A stretch of 64,000 nt of DNA from an uncultured delta proteobacterium (GTDB lineage: Bacteria; Desulfobacterota; Binatia; UBA9968). Below are positions 12,816 to 24,127 of the stretch, piece after piece (position 1 is the stretch's first letter; each line of letters starts with the position of its first letter). The notes under the pieces are model-generated. The model ran no database searches. It saw only the letters and a list, made by a program, of their open reading frames with translations, and was not told where the DNA came from. Both the position numbers and the translations under genes were made by a program. The DNA lies in NCBI GenBank assembly GCA_963811315.1, contig CAWERH010000054.1, forward strand, positions 21,197 to 85,196, given 5' to 3'.

Positions 12816-13682
12816 ATGGCGGGCGAGCTCGACATTTTTATCATTACGGGACTTTCAGGTTCGGGAAAAAGTTTTGCGATTCGCGCGCTGGAGGACAATG
12901 GCTTTTTCTGCGTCGATAATCTTCCCGCGCCGCTGATTCCCAAATTCATCGATCTCTGTCAAGGCTACAAAGAAGACATCATGCGCATCGCGCTTGGCGT
13001 CGACCTGCGCGCCGGTCAGTTTTTGCAAGCGCTGCCGCAAGTGATGGAGGAAATAAAGGCGGCCGGGCATCGGGTGCAAATATTATTTTTCGATGCTTCA
13101 GACGATGTTTTGTTGCGGCGCTTCAGTGAAACCCGCCGCCCCCATCCGCTGGCGGGCCAAGACTCAATTCAAGAGGGCATCTCGCGCGAGAGGAAGGCGC
13201 TGGAACCGATTCGCGCATTGGCGGATCGAGTGATCGACACTAGCGATTTCAACGTCCATCAGCTCAAACGAGAAATGGAGCAACAATTTTGCCCGGCGCC
13301 GAGCGCTCGTCGCATGGCGCTGTTTTTTACCTCCTTCGGCTATAAATACGGTATCCCTCACGATACCGATATGATTCTAGACGTGAGGTTTTTGCCGAAT
13401 CCGTACTTCGTCAACGAACTGCGCGATAAGACCGGCTTGGATTCCGAGGTCAGAGAATTCGTCCTGAAAGATCCGGAAACCGGCGCGTTTTTGGATCGTC
13501 TGTACGGGCTGCTGGAATTTACTTTGCCGCTTTATGAGCGCGAGGGGAAAAGCAGTTTGACTTTTGCTCTCGGCTGCACCGGCGGCAGGCACCGCTCGGT
13601 GGTGCTGGTGGAGGAACTGCAGAAACGATTCGGCGACGGGGATTTTCGTGTTCACGTCAAGCACCGCGATATCGACAAGTAG
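12816..13682 (+). CDS. rapZ: RNase adapter protein RapZ (YhbJ, P-loop NTPase)
   Basis: IFIITGLSGSGKSFAIRALEDNGFFCVDNLP; 288 aa. Confidence 0.9.
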   Translation: MAGELDIFIITGLSGSGKSFAIRALEDNGFFCVDNLPAPLIPKFIDLCQGYKEDIMRIALGVDLRAGQFLQALPQVMEEIKAAGHRVQILFFDASDDVLLRRFSETRRPHPLAGQDSIQEGISRERKALEPIRALADRVIDTSDFNVHQLKREMEQQFCPAPSARRMALFFTSFGYKYGIPHDTDMILDVRFLPNPYFVNELRDKTGLDSEVREFVLKDPETGAFLDRLYGLLEFTLPLYEREGKSSLTFALGCTGGRHRSVVLVEELQKRFGDGDFRVHVKHRDIDK

Positions 13683-13686
13683 GCTT

Positions 13687-13962
13687 ATGAGCAAAGTCGT
13701 CAAGAAATTCGAAATCAAAAACAAGCTCGGTTTACATGCCCGCGCGGCGGCGCTGCTCGTGCAGACCGTGAACCGATTTTCGGCGCAGGTGACTTTAACG
13801 AAAGATGGTCAGAGCGCCGATGGGCGAAGCATTATGGGTGTGCTCACGCTGGCTGCGACTCAGGGCAGCAAGCTCCATGTCGAGGCAAACGGTGAGGAAG
13901 CGGAACGCGCGGTGAAGGCCATCGAAAAGTTGATCGACGCCCGCTTCAACGAATCCGAGTAA
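13687..13962 (+). CDS. HPr-family phosphocarrier protein (NPr-like, nitrogen PTS)
   Basis: The ATG at 13687 gives [27 protein letters not shown]…, an HPr fold with the active His. The listed ORF from 13564 is an upstream extension overlapping rapZ. Confidence 0.85.
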   Translation: MSKVVKKFEIKNKLGLHARAAALLVQTVNRFSAQVTLTKDGQSADGRSIMGVLTLAATQGSKLHVEANGEEAERAVKAIEKLIDARFNESE

Positions 13963-14038
13963 GGTTGAATACACCCCCCGCATCCGCTATAACCCAGAGA
14001 TTAAATTTCTACGTTTTAGGCCCGCTGGAGGTAGTGCT

Positions 14039-15218
14039 CATGGCTGGTAAAGATTTCCTATTTACGTCCGAATCGGTTTCCGAAGGCCATCCCGATAAAC
14101 TCTGCGATCAGGTATCCGACGCGATTCTCGACGCGCACCTGGCGGGCGATGCCAATAGCCGCGTAGCCTGTGAAAGTCTGGCCAAGACCGGCATGGTTGT
14201 CGTCGCTGGCGAAATCACCAGCAAGGTCAAAGTGCCCTACGTCGACATTGTGCGAGAAGTGGTTCGCGATATCGGTTATACCGATTCCTCGATGGGATTC
14301 GACGGCAACACCTGCGCGATCCTGACAGCGATCGAACAGCAATCGCCCGATATTTCTCAGGGCGTTACCGAGGGCGAAGGCTTACACAAAGAGCAGGGCG
14401 CCGGCGATCAAGGCATGATGTTCGGCTATGCCTGCGATGAAACCCCCGAGCTCATGCCGTTTCCCATTCAAATGGCGCACAGTCTGGTTCATTACCTCGC
14501 TAAAGTGCGCAAGGGAGGCGAAGCTCATTTTCTCCGACCGGACAGCAAATCCCAAGTCACCGTCGAATACCGCGACGGCAAACCCGTCAAAGTCAAAAAC
14601 GTCGTCATCTCGACCCAGCACAGCGCCGACGTGGAATATAGCAAATTGCGCGAAACCATTATCGAGGGCGTAATTAAAGCGGTTATTCCCGCCGACTATC
14701 TGGACAAGGACACGATCTTCCATGTCAATCCGACCGGACGCTTCGTCGTCGGCGGACCGCAGGGCGATTGCGGGCTCACGGGGCGAAAAATCATCGTCGA
14801 TACTTACGGCGGTATGGGGCGCCATGGCGGCGGCGCGTTCTCGGGAAAAGATCCGTCCAAGGTCGACCGCAGCGCTGCTTATATGGCGCGCTACGTTGCC
14901 AAGAATATCGTCGCGGCAGAGTTGGCCAACCGGTGTGAAGTTCAACTCGCTTACGTCATCGGCGTAGCTCAGCCGGTATCCGTTTTGGTCGATACGTTCG
15001 GCACCGGCGTGATTTCTGAGGAGAAGATCGCCAAGATCGTCCAAGAGAGCTTCGATCTGAGCCCTAAAGGGATCATCCAGGCGCTCGATCTCAAAAGGCC
15101 GATCTATCGCGCCACGGCAGCGTACGGCCACTTCGGCCGCGCGCCGGAGGAAGGACTTTTCACCTGGGAACGCACCGATCGCGCGGCGGATCTAAAAAAG
15201 GCCGGGGCAAAAGCTTAA
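14039..15218 (+). CDS. metK: S-adenosylmethionine synthetase
   Basis: [32 protein letters not shown]…[19 protein letters not shown]; the true start is the internal ATG at 14039. Confidence 0.95.
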
Positions 15219-15250
15219 CGCAAAAGAGGGAAGGGAAGGATGCAGGCATA

Positions 15251-16520
<1,270 letters not shown>

Positions 16521-16544
16521 ACCAAGAACCACGAAATTCGCGAC

Positions 16545-16589
16545 AAAGGCTTCGGAAGTTTTAACGCTTCCGAAGCCTTTTTATTTTTG
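16545..16589 (+). terminator. rho-independent terminator after ahcY
   Basis: AAGGCTTCGGAAG-ttttaacg-CTTCCGAAGCCTT, followed by TTTTATTTTTG. Confidence 0.75.
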
Positions 16590-16845
16590 TGCGCTCGGCA
16601 GGGCGCAGACCTGGGAGGTGAAAGCGACGTGAACGTGGGCGCGCCCATTTCGGAACAATGAAACTGAGCATAGCAAAACGGAAAAGAGGTCTGGGCCATC
16701 AGTGTTCGATCGAGTTGACACCGACTCGCGCCCTTTGTTACGGTCGCAGCCGATCAAGTCTGATCAATGCGTTTATAACCAGCAATTTTGCACAAATCAG
16801 ATTATCTCGAAAGAAACTTCTCCTAAAAAAGAAAAGGCGGTACTT

Positions 16846-17604
16846 ATGCGTTACGGTTGGCGGGCACGGCTGGGTCACATCGCTCCGGCGATCCTCGATA
16901 CCTCCGGCGAGGAAATGCGCAAACTCTTGCCTGATGGGGTTCTCCACGTCGGTCTCACCATTAGCGAACCGATTCAAACTCTAGGCACCGAGCAGGCCGC
17001 TTCCGCCTTTGCGCGCATGGTCGATGCCGGCAAGAAGTTGGCGGCGGAAAAAGTCGATGTTTTGATTTGCGGCGGCGCGCCGGTGGCCTTGTCGAAAGGG
17101 CCGTCCGGAGACGCTGAACTGGCGGAGCTGCTGCGGCGCGAAACGCAATTGCCGGTCGTTACCGCCAACGGCTCAGTGGTCGATGCATTGCGTTTGCTCG
17201 GCGCGCGCTCGGTGCTGGCGGTCAGTCCATTCATCGAAGCGCGCAATCAAGAGATCCGCGCATTTCTCGAAGCGAGCGGTTTTACCGTCCCGGCAACCAA
17301 AGGCCTGGGCTTGGTGAAGAATATCGATTTTGCCAGCCAATCGCCTGAAGCGGCTTTCCAACTGGCGCGCGGTTTGGCGCGCGACTATCCGGAAGCCGAT
17401 GCGATTTATATCGCCTGTCCGCGCTGGCCGTCAGTCGACATCATCGCGCCGCTTGAGGCCGACACGGGCAAATTGGTCGTGGCTGCGCCCGCGGCAATGG
17501 TTTGGGGCGCGCTCAGAAGCTTGCAGATCATGGACTGTCGCGCCGGCTTTGGCCGGCTGATGGAAAGTCTGCGCTGCGGCGGTCCATCGCCGGCGCGCGA
17601 CTGA
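16846..17604 (+). CDS. Asp/Glu/hydantoin racemase superfamily protein (maleate isomerase/arylmalonate decarboxylase-like)
   Basis: The ATG at 16846 gives MRYGWRARLGHIAPAILDTSGEEM…VDVLICGGAPVA…AIYIACPRW. The listed ORF from 16702 is an upstream extension. Confidence 0.6.
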   Translation: MRYGWRARLGHIAPAILDTSGEEMRKLLPDGVLHVGLTISEPIQTLGTEQAASAFARMVDAGKKLAAEKVDVLICGGAPVALSKGPSGDAELAELLRRETQLPVVTANGSVVDALRLLGARSVLAVSPFIEARNQEIRAFLEASGFTVPATKGLGLVKNIDFASQSPEAAFQLARGLARDYPEADAIYIACPRWPSVDIIAPLEADTGKLVVAAPAAMVWGALRSLQIMDCRAGFGRLMESLRCGGPSPARD

Positions 17605-17614
17605 GATCGCATCC

Positions 17615-18682
17615 ATGGGATTGGAACGCACCTTTTCACGACGACTTGATGGAGCTTCGCCGCCTATGGCGCTCAGCAGATTTCTAAAAGCCATTGCCGG
17701 CATAACTATTTTTAGTAGCTTGGTTGGGGCATCCGCCTTAGCACAGACAACCGATCGGTTTCGGGTTTCTTACGGCGGCTATAACGAAACCGCGGCGCCG
17801 ATGTGGGTCGGGATCGAAAAGGGAATTTTCAAGAAGTACGGCATCGACGCTTCGATGATTCAAGTCCGCAGCGGCGCGCTCAGCGTGGCGGCGCTCATCG
17901 CCAAGGAAGTCGACGCCGTTTGGCCGGCGCAGTCGACCATCCTTAGCACGGTGCAGGGCGGCATCAAGCTGGTTTGCATCGCCAGCCCGATCAATAAAAT
18001 TCCGCGACTGTTGGTCGTGCGCAAGGAAATCACCAGCGTCGACGAACTGCGCGGCCGGGTTGTCGGTGTCCAGAGCATCGGCGGCGGGTTCTGGTTGCAG
18101 ACGATGATTATTTTCGATTCCTTGGGCATCGACCCGGATAAATTCGGACTCAAGTTCAGAATCATCGGCGACGGTCCGGTGATCGCCCAAGCGCTGAGCA
18201 CCGGCAATATCGATGTCGCGGCGATGACCTATTCCTTAAGCGAAGCACCGCTCAAGGCGGGGTTTCGATCGCTCGTCGATGCGGCAGACCTGAAAACGCC
18301 GTACCAAGGACCGAACGTATGCGCATTGAAAGAAGTGATCGCTGCCCGTCAAGAATTTTTCCAGCGATTAATCAAAGGGCTGGCCGAAGCGACCGGGTTT
18401 ATTCTCGACAGCGGCAACAAGCCGGATGTCGTCAAAATACTCATGAGAAATCTGCGGCTGACCAAACTTGAAGAGGGCGAATCGTCGTACAACGTACTGC
18501 GTGTCATGACGACCTTGGATATGGCGCCCAACCCTGCGGCCTTCAAAGTCGTCCAGCGTATCGTCGCGCGGGTGAATCCTAAAATTGCCCAGGTGGATCT
18601 CGATCAAATCCTCGACACGAGTTACGTGCGTGTGCTTGAATCAAGCGGCTTTATGACAGAGCTGCGCAAAAAAATCAGATAG
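17615..18682 (+). CDS. NMT1/THI5-like ABC transporter substrate-binding protein (periplasmic, orphan)
   Basis: A signal-peptide-like MALSRFLKAIAGITIFSSLVGASALAQ starts at about 17666 and the body is NMT1-like. No adjacent permease or ATPase. Confidence 0.65.
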   Translation: MGLERTFSRRLDGASPPMALSRFLKAIAGITIFSSLVGASALAQTTDRFRVSYGGYNETAAPMWVGIEKGIFKKYGIDASMIQVRSGALSVAALIAKEVDAVWPAQSTILSTVQGGIKLVCIASPINKIPRLLVVRKEITSVDELRGRVVGVQSIGGGFWLQTMIIFDSLGIDPDKFGLKFRIIGDGPVIAQALSTGNIDVAAMTYSLSEAPLKAGFRSLVDAADLKTPYQGPNVCALKEVIAARQEFFQRLIKGLAEATGFILDSGNKPDVVKILMRNLRLTKLEEGESSYNVLRVMTTLDMAPNPAAFKVVQRIVARVNPKIAQVDLDQILDTSYVRVLESSGFMTELRKKIR

Positions 18683-18720
18683 TCAATGTTTCGGCCCACC
18701 GCCGTCGAGTGCCGCAAAAC

Positions 18721-19806
18721 CTAATCGCGCTTGAATAAATCCAAGGTCTCCGGAGCGAACAACTCGCTGACCGCGAATCGTCGGCCGGTCAACCCTTGCT
18801 CATGGGAGTAGAGGGTCGCGGCTTCCAAGGTCGGCAAGTTTTTCTTTATCCCGTAGGGATAGACATCTTTGCCCAAAATCGTTTGGGCATATTCCAAGTC
18901 CAAATTGACCCAAGGCAACGAAGACAAACCTTCCTCGTAAGCTTCGAACGCCAGCTCTTTGGCGGACTCAAATCCTTCGGCGAGACGGGCGGCGATCGAC
19001 GGCTCTTGCTCATAGATCGCGCGCCGGAGCACCACCATGTGCATGATGGGAAAGATTTTTGTCGCGCGGTAGTAGTCCGCTTCGACGCTACGGCAATCGG
19101 CAAACAATCGCCGGATGTCTGGACTGCCTTGAAGAAATGCGCGGGGTGGTGAAGTGACGGCGACGGCGTCGAGTGCTCCCTGTTCCAGCAAACTGTCGAG
19201 AGTTTGATCCTTGGGGATATTATCGATGCGAATATCCGGCGGAATCTCGATGGCGACGTGCTCGGAGCGGCGGCGGAACCAGTGGATGTCCTGGGGCGCA
19301 ACGCCATACTGATGCTGCAACAGGCCGCGCACAAACAGCAACGCGGTCATCGAATAATCGGCGATGCCGACTTTTTTCCCCTTGAGATCTTCGGGTTGCC
19401 GGATGCCGGACCGGGTGTTGATCCAAATGAACGAATGACGAAATACCCGAGACGGAAACACCGGAATGGCAACGAAACGCCGGTCGCCTTTGCCGAGAGC
19501 GATCATGTAATTTGACAATGACATTTCCGAGGCGTCGAACTCTTCGTCGTGCAGCATGCGCAAAAAAATTTGCGACGGCGGCGAAATGTTGACGAACTTG
19601 AGATCGAACCCCTCCACTTTAACTCTGCCGTCAGCCAGGGCGCGCACGTGATCGTAGTCCTGGCAGCCGATTGTAATTGTTCGTTGTGGCCATGGGTTTC
19701 TCCAAAGTTTGTGCTCGGATTCAGCGTGAGAATTTAGGCGAAACCTTAGCGAGAAGTCAACGAGCAAAAAAAGGATGAAGGCGGAAGGATAAAGGATGAA
19801 AACCAC
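18721..19806 (-). CDS. NMT1/THI5-like domain protein without signal peptide (cytoplasmic; 4,5-dihydroxyphthalate-decarboxylase-like family)
   Basis: …TITIGCQDYDHVRALADGRVKVEGFDLKFVNISPPSQ…LKGKKVGIADYSMTALL…; GTG start at 19804-19806. The first ~13 codons lie inside repeat-family-A arm 19766..19802, so the true start is uncertain. Confidence 0.55.
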   Translation of the reverse strand: MVFILYPSAFILFLLVDFSLRFRLNSHAESEHKLWRNPWPQRTITIGCQDYDHVRALADGRVKVEGFDLKFVNISPPSQIFLRMLHDEEFDASEMSLSNYMIALGKGDRRFVAIPVFPSRVFRHSFIWINTRSGIRQPEDLKGKKVGIADYSMTALLFVRGLLQHQYGVAPQDIHWFRRRSEHVAIEIPPDIRIDNIPKDQTLDSLLEQGALDAVAVTSPPRAFLQGSPDIRRLFADCRSVEADYYRATKIFPIMHMVVLRRAIYEQEPSIAARLAEGFESAKELAFEAYEEGLSSLPWVNLDLEYAQTILGKDVYPYGIKKNLPTLEAATLYSHEQGLTGRRFAVSELFAPETLDLFKRD

Positions 19807-19873
19807 CGGAGAGGACTTTCAGCTACGATCTTGGGTCTTCCTTCATCCCTCTGCCTTTATCCTTCATCCTTTC
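19766..19873. repeat. repeat family A as an inverted pair (G/A-rich arm AAAGGATGAAGGCGGAAGGATAAAGGATGAA and its complement)
   Basis: Arms at 19766..19802 and 19838..19873 with a 35-bp spacer, between divergent gene starts. Related copies are at 22086..22124 and 39334..39375. Confidence 0.6.
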
Positions 19874-19906
19874 AAAGTTGTGGACAGGCTGTGCCGAATG
19901 CGCTAA

Positions 19907-20917
19907 GTGAAATTTCGAGTTGAGTCGATCATGAGACTGCGATCCATATTTACCGTGGCCATTCTGTTGTTGAGCGCAACCGTCTTGCCGGCGGCGGACA
20001 AGGTCCGCGTCAGCGGCGGCGGAATTACGCCTTTGCACGCGATAATCTGGGTCGCCCATCACGAGGGTCTATTCAAGAAATACGGGCTGGAAGTGGAATA
20101 TCTGACGATGAATAGCGGCACTCTCGGAGTGCAAACTTTACTATCGAACGAGAGCCAATTCCTTTTTTCCACCGGGGCGCTGGCGGTCACTGCCGACGTG
20201 CAAGGCGCAGACATCGCGATGATTGCCGGCGGCTTTAATCTGTTCGCTTTCAAGGTGGTATCCCGTCCTGAAATCAAGACCTTTCAGGATCTCAAGGGAA
20301 AACGAATTTCCATCAGCCAGTTCGGCTCGGCCACCGATTTCGCGGTGCAGGCAAGCTTGGAAAAATTTGCCCTCGATCCCAAACAGGTGACGGTGATCCA
20401 GCTGGGTGCTACCTCCAATCGTCTCACCTCCTTGACCACCGGCTCCACCGAAGCGTCGTTTTTTACCGAGCCGATCGCGACCCTGGCGATCAGCAAATAC
20501 AAGATGAATCTGTTGCTCGACATGGCGGATGCCGGGATGGCCTATCCGCAAAGTTGTCTGATGATCAAGCGCAGCTATCTCGAAGCGAACCGCGACAAAG
20601 CGATGAATTTCGTCAAGGCGATGATCGAAGGCCTGTTTCTGGCTCAGAGAGACAAGGCCATGACCGTGCGCACGATCAAAAAATACATCCGCACGGACGA
20701 CGAAATGTATGGCATCGGCTACGATTATTTTCTCGGCAATCACTCTGACGGTTTGCTGAACATGCCCGACCGCAAAGGCGTCGAGCTGGTGATCAACCAG
20801 CTCGCCAAAACCAACCCCAAAGCCAAGGGCCAGACGCCCGAATCGCTGCGCGTGTTCGAGCCGAGCATCCTCGATGAACTCAAGAAGAGTGGTTTTATCG
20901 ACAAGGCCAGGCGTTAG
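19907..20917 (+). CDS. NMT1/THI5-like ABC transporter substrate-binding protein (periplasmic, orphan)
   Basis: Signal peptide MRLRSIFTVAILLLSATVLPAADK (alternative ATG at 19931); …LKGKRISISQFGSATDFAV…. Confidence 0.65.
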   Translation: MKFRVESIMRLRSIFTVAILLLSATVLPAADKVRVSGGGITPLHAIIWVAHHEGLFKKYGLEVEYLTMNSGTLGVQTLLSNESQFLFSTGALAVTADVQGADIAMIAGGFNLFAFKVVSRPEIKTFQDLKGKRISISQFGSATDFAVQASLEKFALDPKQVTVIQLGATSNRLTSLTTGSTEASFFTEPIATLAISKYKMNLLLDMADAGMAYPQSCLMIKRSYLEANRDKAMNFVKAMIEGLFLAQRDKAMTVRTIKKYIRTDDEMYGIGYDYFLGNHSDGLLNMPDRKGVELVINQLAKTNPKAKGQTPESLRVFEPSILDELKKSGFIDKARR

Positions 20918-21004
20918 ACGGAAAGAAAAGTTTCGGAGTACGGGAGTGATGGAGCGATCGGGAGAACAAGTTGATTTGCCGGCGCGATACTCGCGCTGCC
21001 GCTC

Positions 21005-22087
21005 ATGGCCGCGTGCAACACCGTGAATACCAGCAACGGTCTTCGGACTACCGATCATCGGGTGCCGCACATCTCGACCGTGCCGGCGAATAGAGGCGAG
21101 CCGGTGCAAATCTTTGTGCGCGAGAAAATTGCCGCGGCCGAAGACCCGACGCCGCGGCCGGTGGTGTTGATGGTGCACGGCGGGATATCGCCTTCGACGC
21201 TGGCGTTCGATGTCGACCATGAGACTTATAGCTGGATGGCTTATTTGGCCCGGGCGGGCTTCGACGTCTTTGCCATGGATATGACGGGATACGGCAGATC
21301 CGCCCATCCAAAGATGGACGACCCTTGCAATGTCGGATCGGCCCAACAGAAAAACCTGATCCCGAAAACTCTCAAGGAACCGTGCAAGCCGTCCTATCCG
21401 TATCAATTGGTGAGCCGCCAGAGCGAGCACGACGAGCTTGATCGGGTCATCGAATACATTCGCAAGCTGCGCGGCGTTGCCAAGGTCAATCTGCTCGGTT
21501 GGTCGGGCGGCGGCTACCGGACCGGAACTTACACCAGTCAGCGGCCGGAAAAAGTCGAAAAGTTGGTTATCTATGCTTCGTCCAACTATTCGCGCAAAAA
21601 CTCCAGCGCGCCGCCTGCCACGCTGCCGCAGCCGGGTTTTCCGATTACGATTCAAAGCCGCGAGCTGGCGGAGAAGCAGCGCTGGTTTCCCTTCGCCAAA
21701 TGCAGCGACCAGATCGAACCCGGCATGCCGGATCGCATTTGGGAGTTGAGCAAGCAGCACGATCCGCTCGGCATGACCTGGGGTCCCGGTGTCATGCGCG
21801 CGCCGACGCGCACCTATTGGGGCTGGAATGCTGAAGAAGCGCAGCGGATCAAGATACCCACGTTGGTAATGCTCGGCGAGTTCGACGAGCTGAACGCGTC
21901 GAACAAAGAGCTTTATGAAGATCTCGGCGCCGAAAACAAAGTTTTCCTGAGCATCCCTTGCGGCTCGCACTTTCTCCTGTGGGAGAAGAATCACGACGCC
22001 CTTCATGAAGCGTCGCGCCAATGGCTGGCGAATGGCACGTTCAACGGCGCTCAACGCGGCGAGTTTCGGCTGAAGCGGGACGACTAG
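21005..22087 (+). CDS. alpha/beta hydrolase fold protein
   Basis: VVLMVHGGISPSTLAFDVD…DVFAMDMTGYGRS, nucleophile elbow GWSGGG; 360 aa. The N-terminal start is uncertain. Confidence 0.6.
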   Translation: MAACNTVNTSNGLRTTDHRVPHISTVPANRGEPVQIFVREKIAAAEDPTPRPVVLMVHGGISPSTLAFDVDHETYSWMAYLARAGFDVFAMDMTGYGRSAHPKMDDPCNVGSAQQKNLIPKTLKEPCKPSYPYQLVSRQSEHDELDRVIEYIRKLRGVAKVNLLGWSGGGYRTGTYTSQRPEKVEKLVIYASSNYSRKNSSAPPATLPQPGFPITIQSRELAEKQRWFPFAKCSDQIEPGMPDRIWELSKQHDPLGMTWGPGVMRAPTRTYWGWNAEEAQRIKIPTLVMLGEFDELNASNKELYEDLGAENKVFLSIPCGSHFLLWEKNHDALHEASRQWLANGTFNGAQRGEFRLKRDD

Positions 22088-22124
22088 AAAGGCTAAAGGC
22101 GAAAGGCGGAAGGATGAAGGAAAG
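22086..22124. repeat. repeat family A copy downstream of alpha/beta hydrolase gene
   Basis: agaaaggctaaaggcgaaaggcggaaggatgaaggaaag. Confidence 0.5.
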
Positions 22125-22154
22125 ACCGGCAATAGTCGATTAGAGATCGAACCG

Positions 22155-23117
22155 TTGCCCCGTCCAGGACCATCGATGAACGACGAAGAGTTGCCATCCT
22201 ATTATCCTTACGTTCCTCTACCGGACCGCAAGCCGCTGCGGTTTCCCAACGGCGCGCAGCTGGCGTTGATTCTCACGATCAATATCGAGTACTGGGAAAA
22301 ATCCCGTCCCGGGCAGAAGGAGCCGCTGTTTACCGGCGGACCGATGACGATTCCGCACGGATTGCCCGGCGACGTGCTCGACACGGCGAACTGGACTTGG
22401 CGCGAGTACGGCCAGCGTGTCGGCGTGTGGCGCATGATCGAGATGTTCGACAAGGTCGGCGTCAAGCCGTCATGCACGATCAACGGTATGACGATGACCG
22501 AGCGGCGCCGCGTCGTCGACGCCTGCAACGAGCGCGGCTGGGAGCTGGTGCCGCACAACTGGGCGCAGAACGATCTTCTCGCTTTTTACGCCCACAAACC
22601 GGAAGAGGAGCGCGCCGTGATTCGGCGTACGCTCGACGCCTACGAAAAAGTCGTCGGCCGGCCGGCCAAAGCGTGGCTCTCCTCGGCAATCCGCGGCACG
22701 GTTCACACACCGGCGTTTTTGAAAGAGTTCGGATTGGTCGCCTACTGCGATTATTTAAACGACGACCAGCCTTATCTGATTCACACCAGCCACGGGCCGA
22801 TTGTCTGCGTTCCCTATTCGAACGACATCAACGACTTCAATCTATTCGCCCGCGGCGGTATGTCGGCCGCCGCCGGGCTGGAAACGCTGAAGATTTGTTT
22901 CGATCAGCTCTATGCCGAGGGCGCGGATAGCGGGCGCATCATGAACGTGGGATTGCATCCGCACGTGATCGGACAGGCCCATCGCATCGGCGCGCTGCGC
23001 GAGTTTGCCGAGTATGCGAAATCCCATGCCAAAGTTTGGTTTCCCAGCCGGGAGGAGATTGCGGATTGGTATTTGCAAATCCATGAGACGCATATTCCTA
23101 ATTCGCGCGACAGATGA
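22155..23117 (+). CDS. polysaccharide deacetylase family protein (PuuE/allantoinase-like CE4)
   Basis: …ANWTWREYGQRVGVWRMIEMFDKVGVKPSCTINGMT…NVGLHPHVIGQAHRIGALREF; 320 aa. Confidence 0.65.
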   Translation: MPRPGPSMNDEELPSYYPYVPLPDRKPLRFPNGAQLALILTINIEYWEKSRPGQKEPLFTGGPMTIPHGLPGDVLDTANWTWREYGQRVGVWRMIEMFDKVGVKPSCTINGMTMTERRRVVDACNERGWELVPHNWAQNDLLAFYAHKPEEERAVIRRTLDAYEKVVGRPAKAWLSSAIRGTVHTPAFLKEFGLVAYCDYLNDDQPYLIHTSHGPIVCVPYSNDINDFNLFARGGMSAAAGLETLKICFDQLYAEGADSGRIMNVGLHPHVIGQAHRIGALREFAEYAKSHAKVWFPSREEIADWYLQIHETHIPNSRDR

Positions 23118-23254
23118 GCCATGAGTGTGAGGGAAAGCCAAGAAGCCGCGTTCAGATTTCCAATCTTTACTTCGTTCAGGATGACAACGCCAACCGTGGC
23201 ACTCCGAGCCAGCGGCAAGTCCCTGTAAACCTCGCATCCCAAAGGAGCACAACG

Positions 23255-24127
23255 ATGCAAACCGAGCGTTACGATTATTCGCCGATCATTCGCCGCAAGC
23301 CGTTCAAATGGCCGAACGACGCGCGCGTCGCTTTGATGATTGCGCCGAACATCGAATTCTTTCACATCGACAAAGTCATTCCCGGCGCGCCGAATTCGCT
23401 ATTGCCGGATGTGACCGGTTATGCGCTGCGCGACTACGGCTCGCGTATCGGCGTGTTTCGCATGATGGAAGTGTTGGATAAGCACGGCGATCCGCGCCAC
23501 CGTGCTGCTCAACGCCGACGTGTGCGCGCATCATCCGGCGATTATCGAAGAAGGCAATAAACGAAAATGGGAATGGCTCGGCCACGGGGTCACCAATAAT
23601 ATCCGGATGACGCAATATCCGGCGGAGGAAGAGCGGGCGGTGATTCGCCAGGTCCGCGATACGATCGCCGCGGCGACCGGCAAGGCGCCGCGCGGCTGGC
23701 TCGGTCCCGGCGGCGGCGATCAAAGCCCGAACACGTTGGATCATTTAGCCGCGGAGGGGTTCGATTACGTTTGCGATTGGGGCTTCGACGATCAGCCGCA
23801 CGCGATGCGGGTCAAATCGGGGAAGATGATCGCGATTCCCTACCAGCAGGGCCTCAACGACATTCGCGTGATCTTCCAGGGCGGCCATACGCCGAAGGAT
23901 TGGCTGCAAATGGTTTGCGATCAGTTCGATCAACTGTACGCCGAGGGCGCGACTCAGGGGCGGGTTATGACGATCCCGCTCGCATCCGTTCGTCATCGGT
24001 TTGGCGTTTCGGGTAAAATATCTCGACCAAGGCGCTCGAATACATCTGCGCGCACGACGGCGTTTGGCAGGCGACCGGAGCTGAGATCGCCGACCATTAC
24101 TATGCCAACTACTACGAAAAGCCGTGA
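23255..24127 (+). pseudogene. polysaccharide deacetylase family paralog (PuuE-like) with at least three frameshifts
   Basis: ATG at 23255 with RBS AAAGGAG: MQTERYDYSPIIRRKPFKWPNDARVALMIAPNIEFFH…FRMMEVLDKHG. The frame changes near 23480 (…VLLNADVCAHHPAIIEEG…), again near 23975 (VMTIPL|HPFVIG expected) and near 24030. It is a paralog of the intact upstream gene. Confidence 0.6.

Noticed and set aside
14382-15131. 249-aa minus-strand ORF inside metK
   Set aside because: Antisense to S-adenosylmethionine synthetase.
20141-22132. 663-aa minus-strand ORF, the longest in this region
   Set aside because: Arg/Ala/Gly-rich low-complexity translation with no domain. It fully overlaps two convincing plus-strand genes, an NMT1 SBP and an alpha/beta hydrolase. 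It is a typical high-GC antisense ORF.
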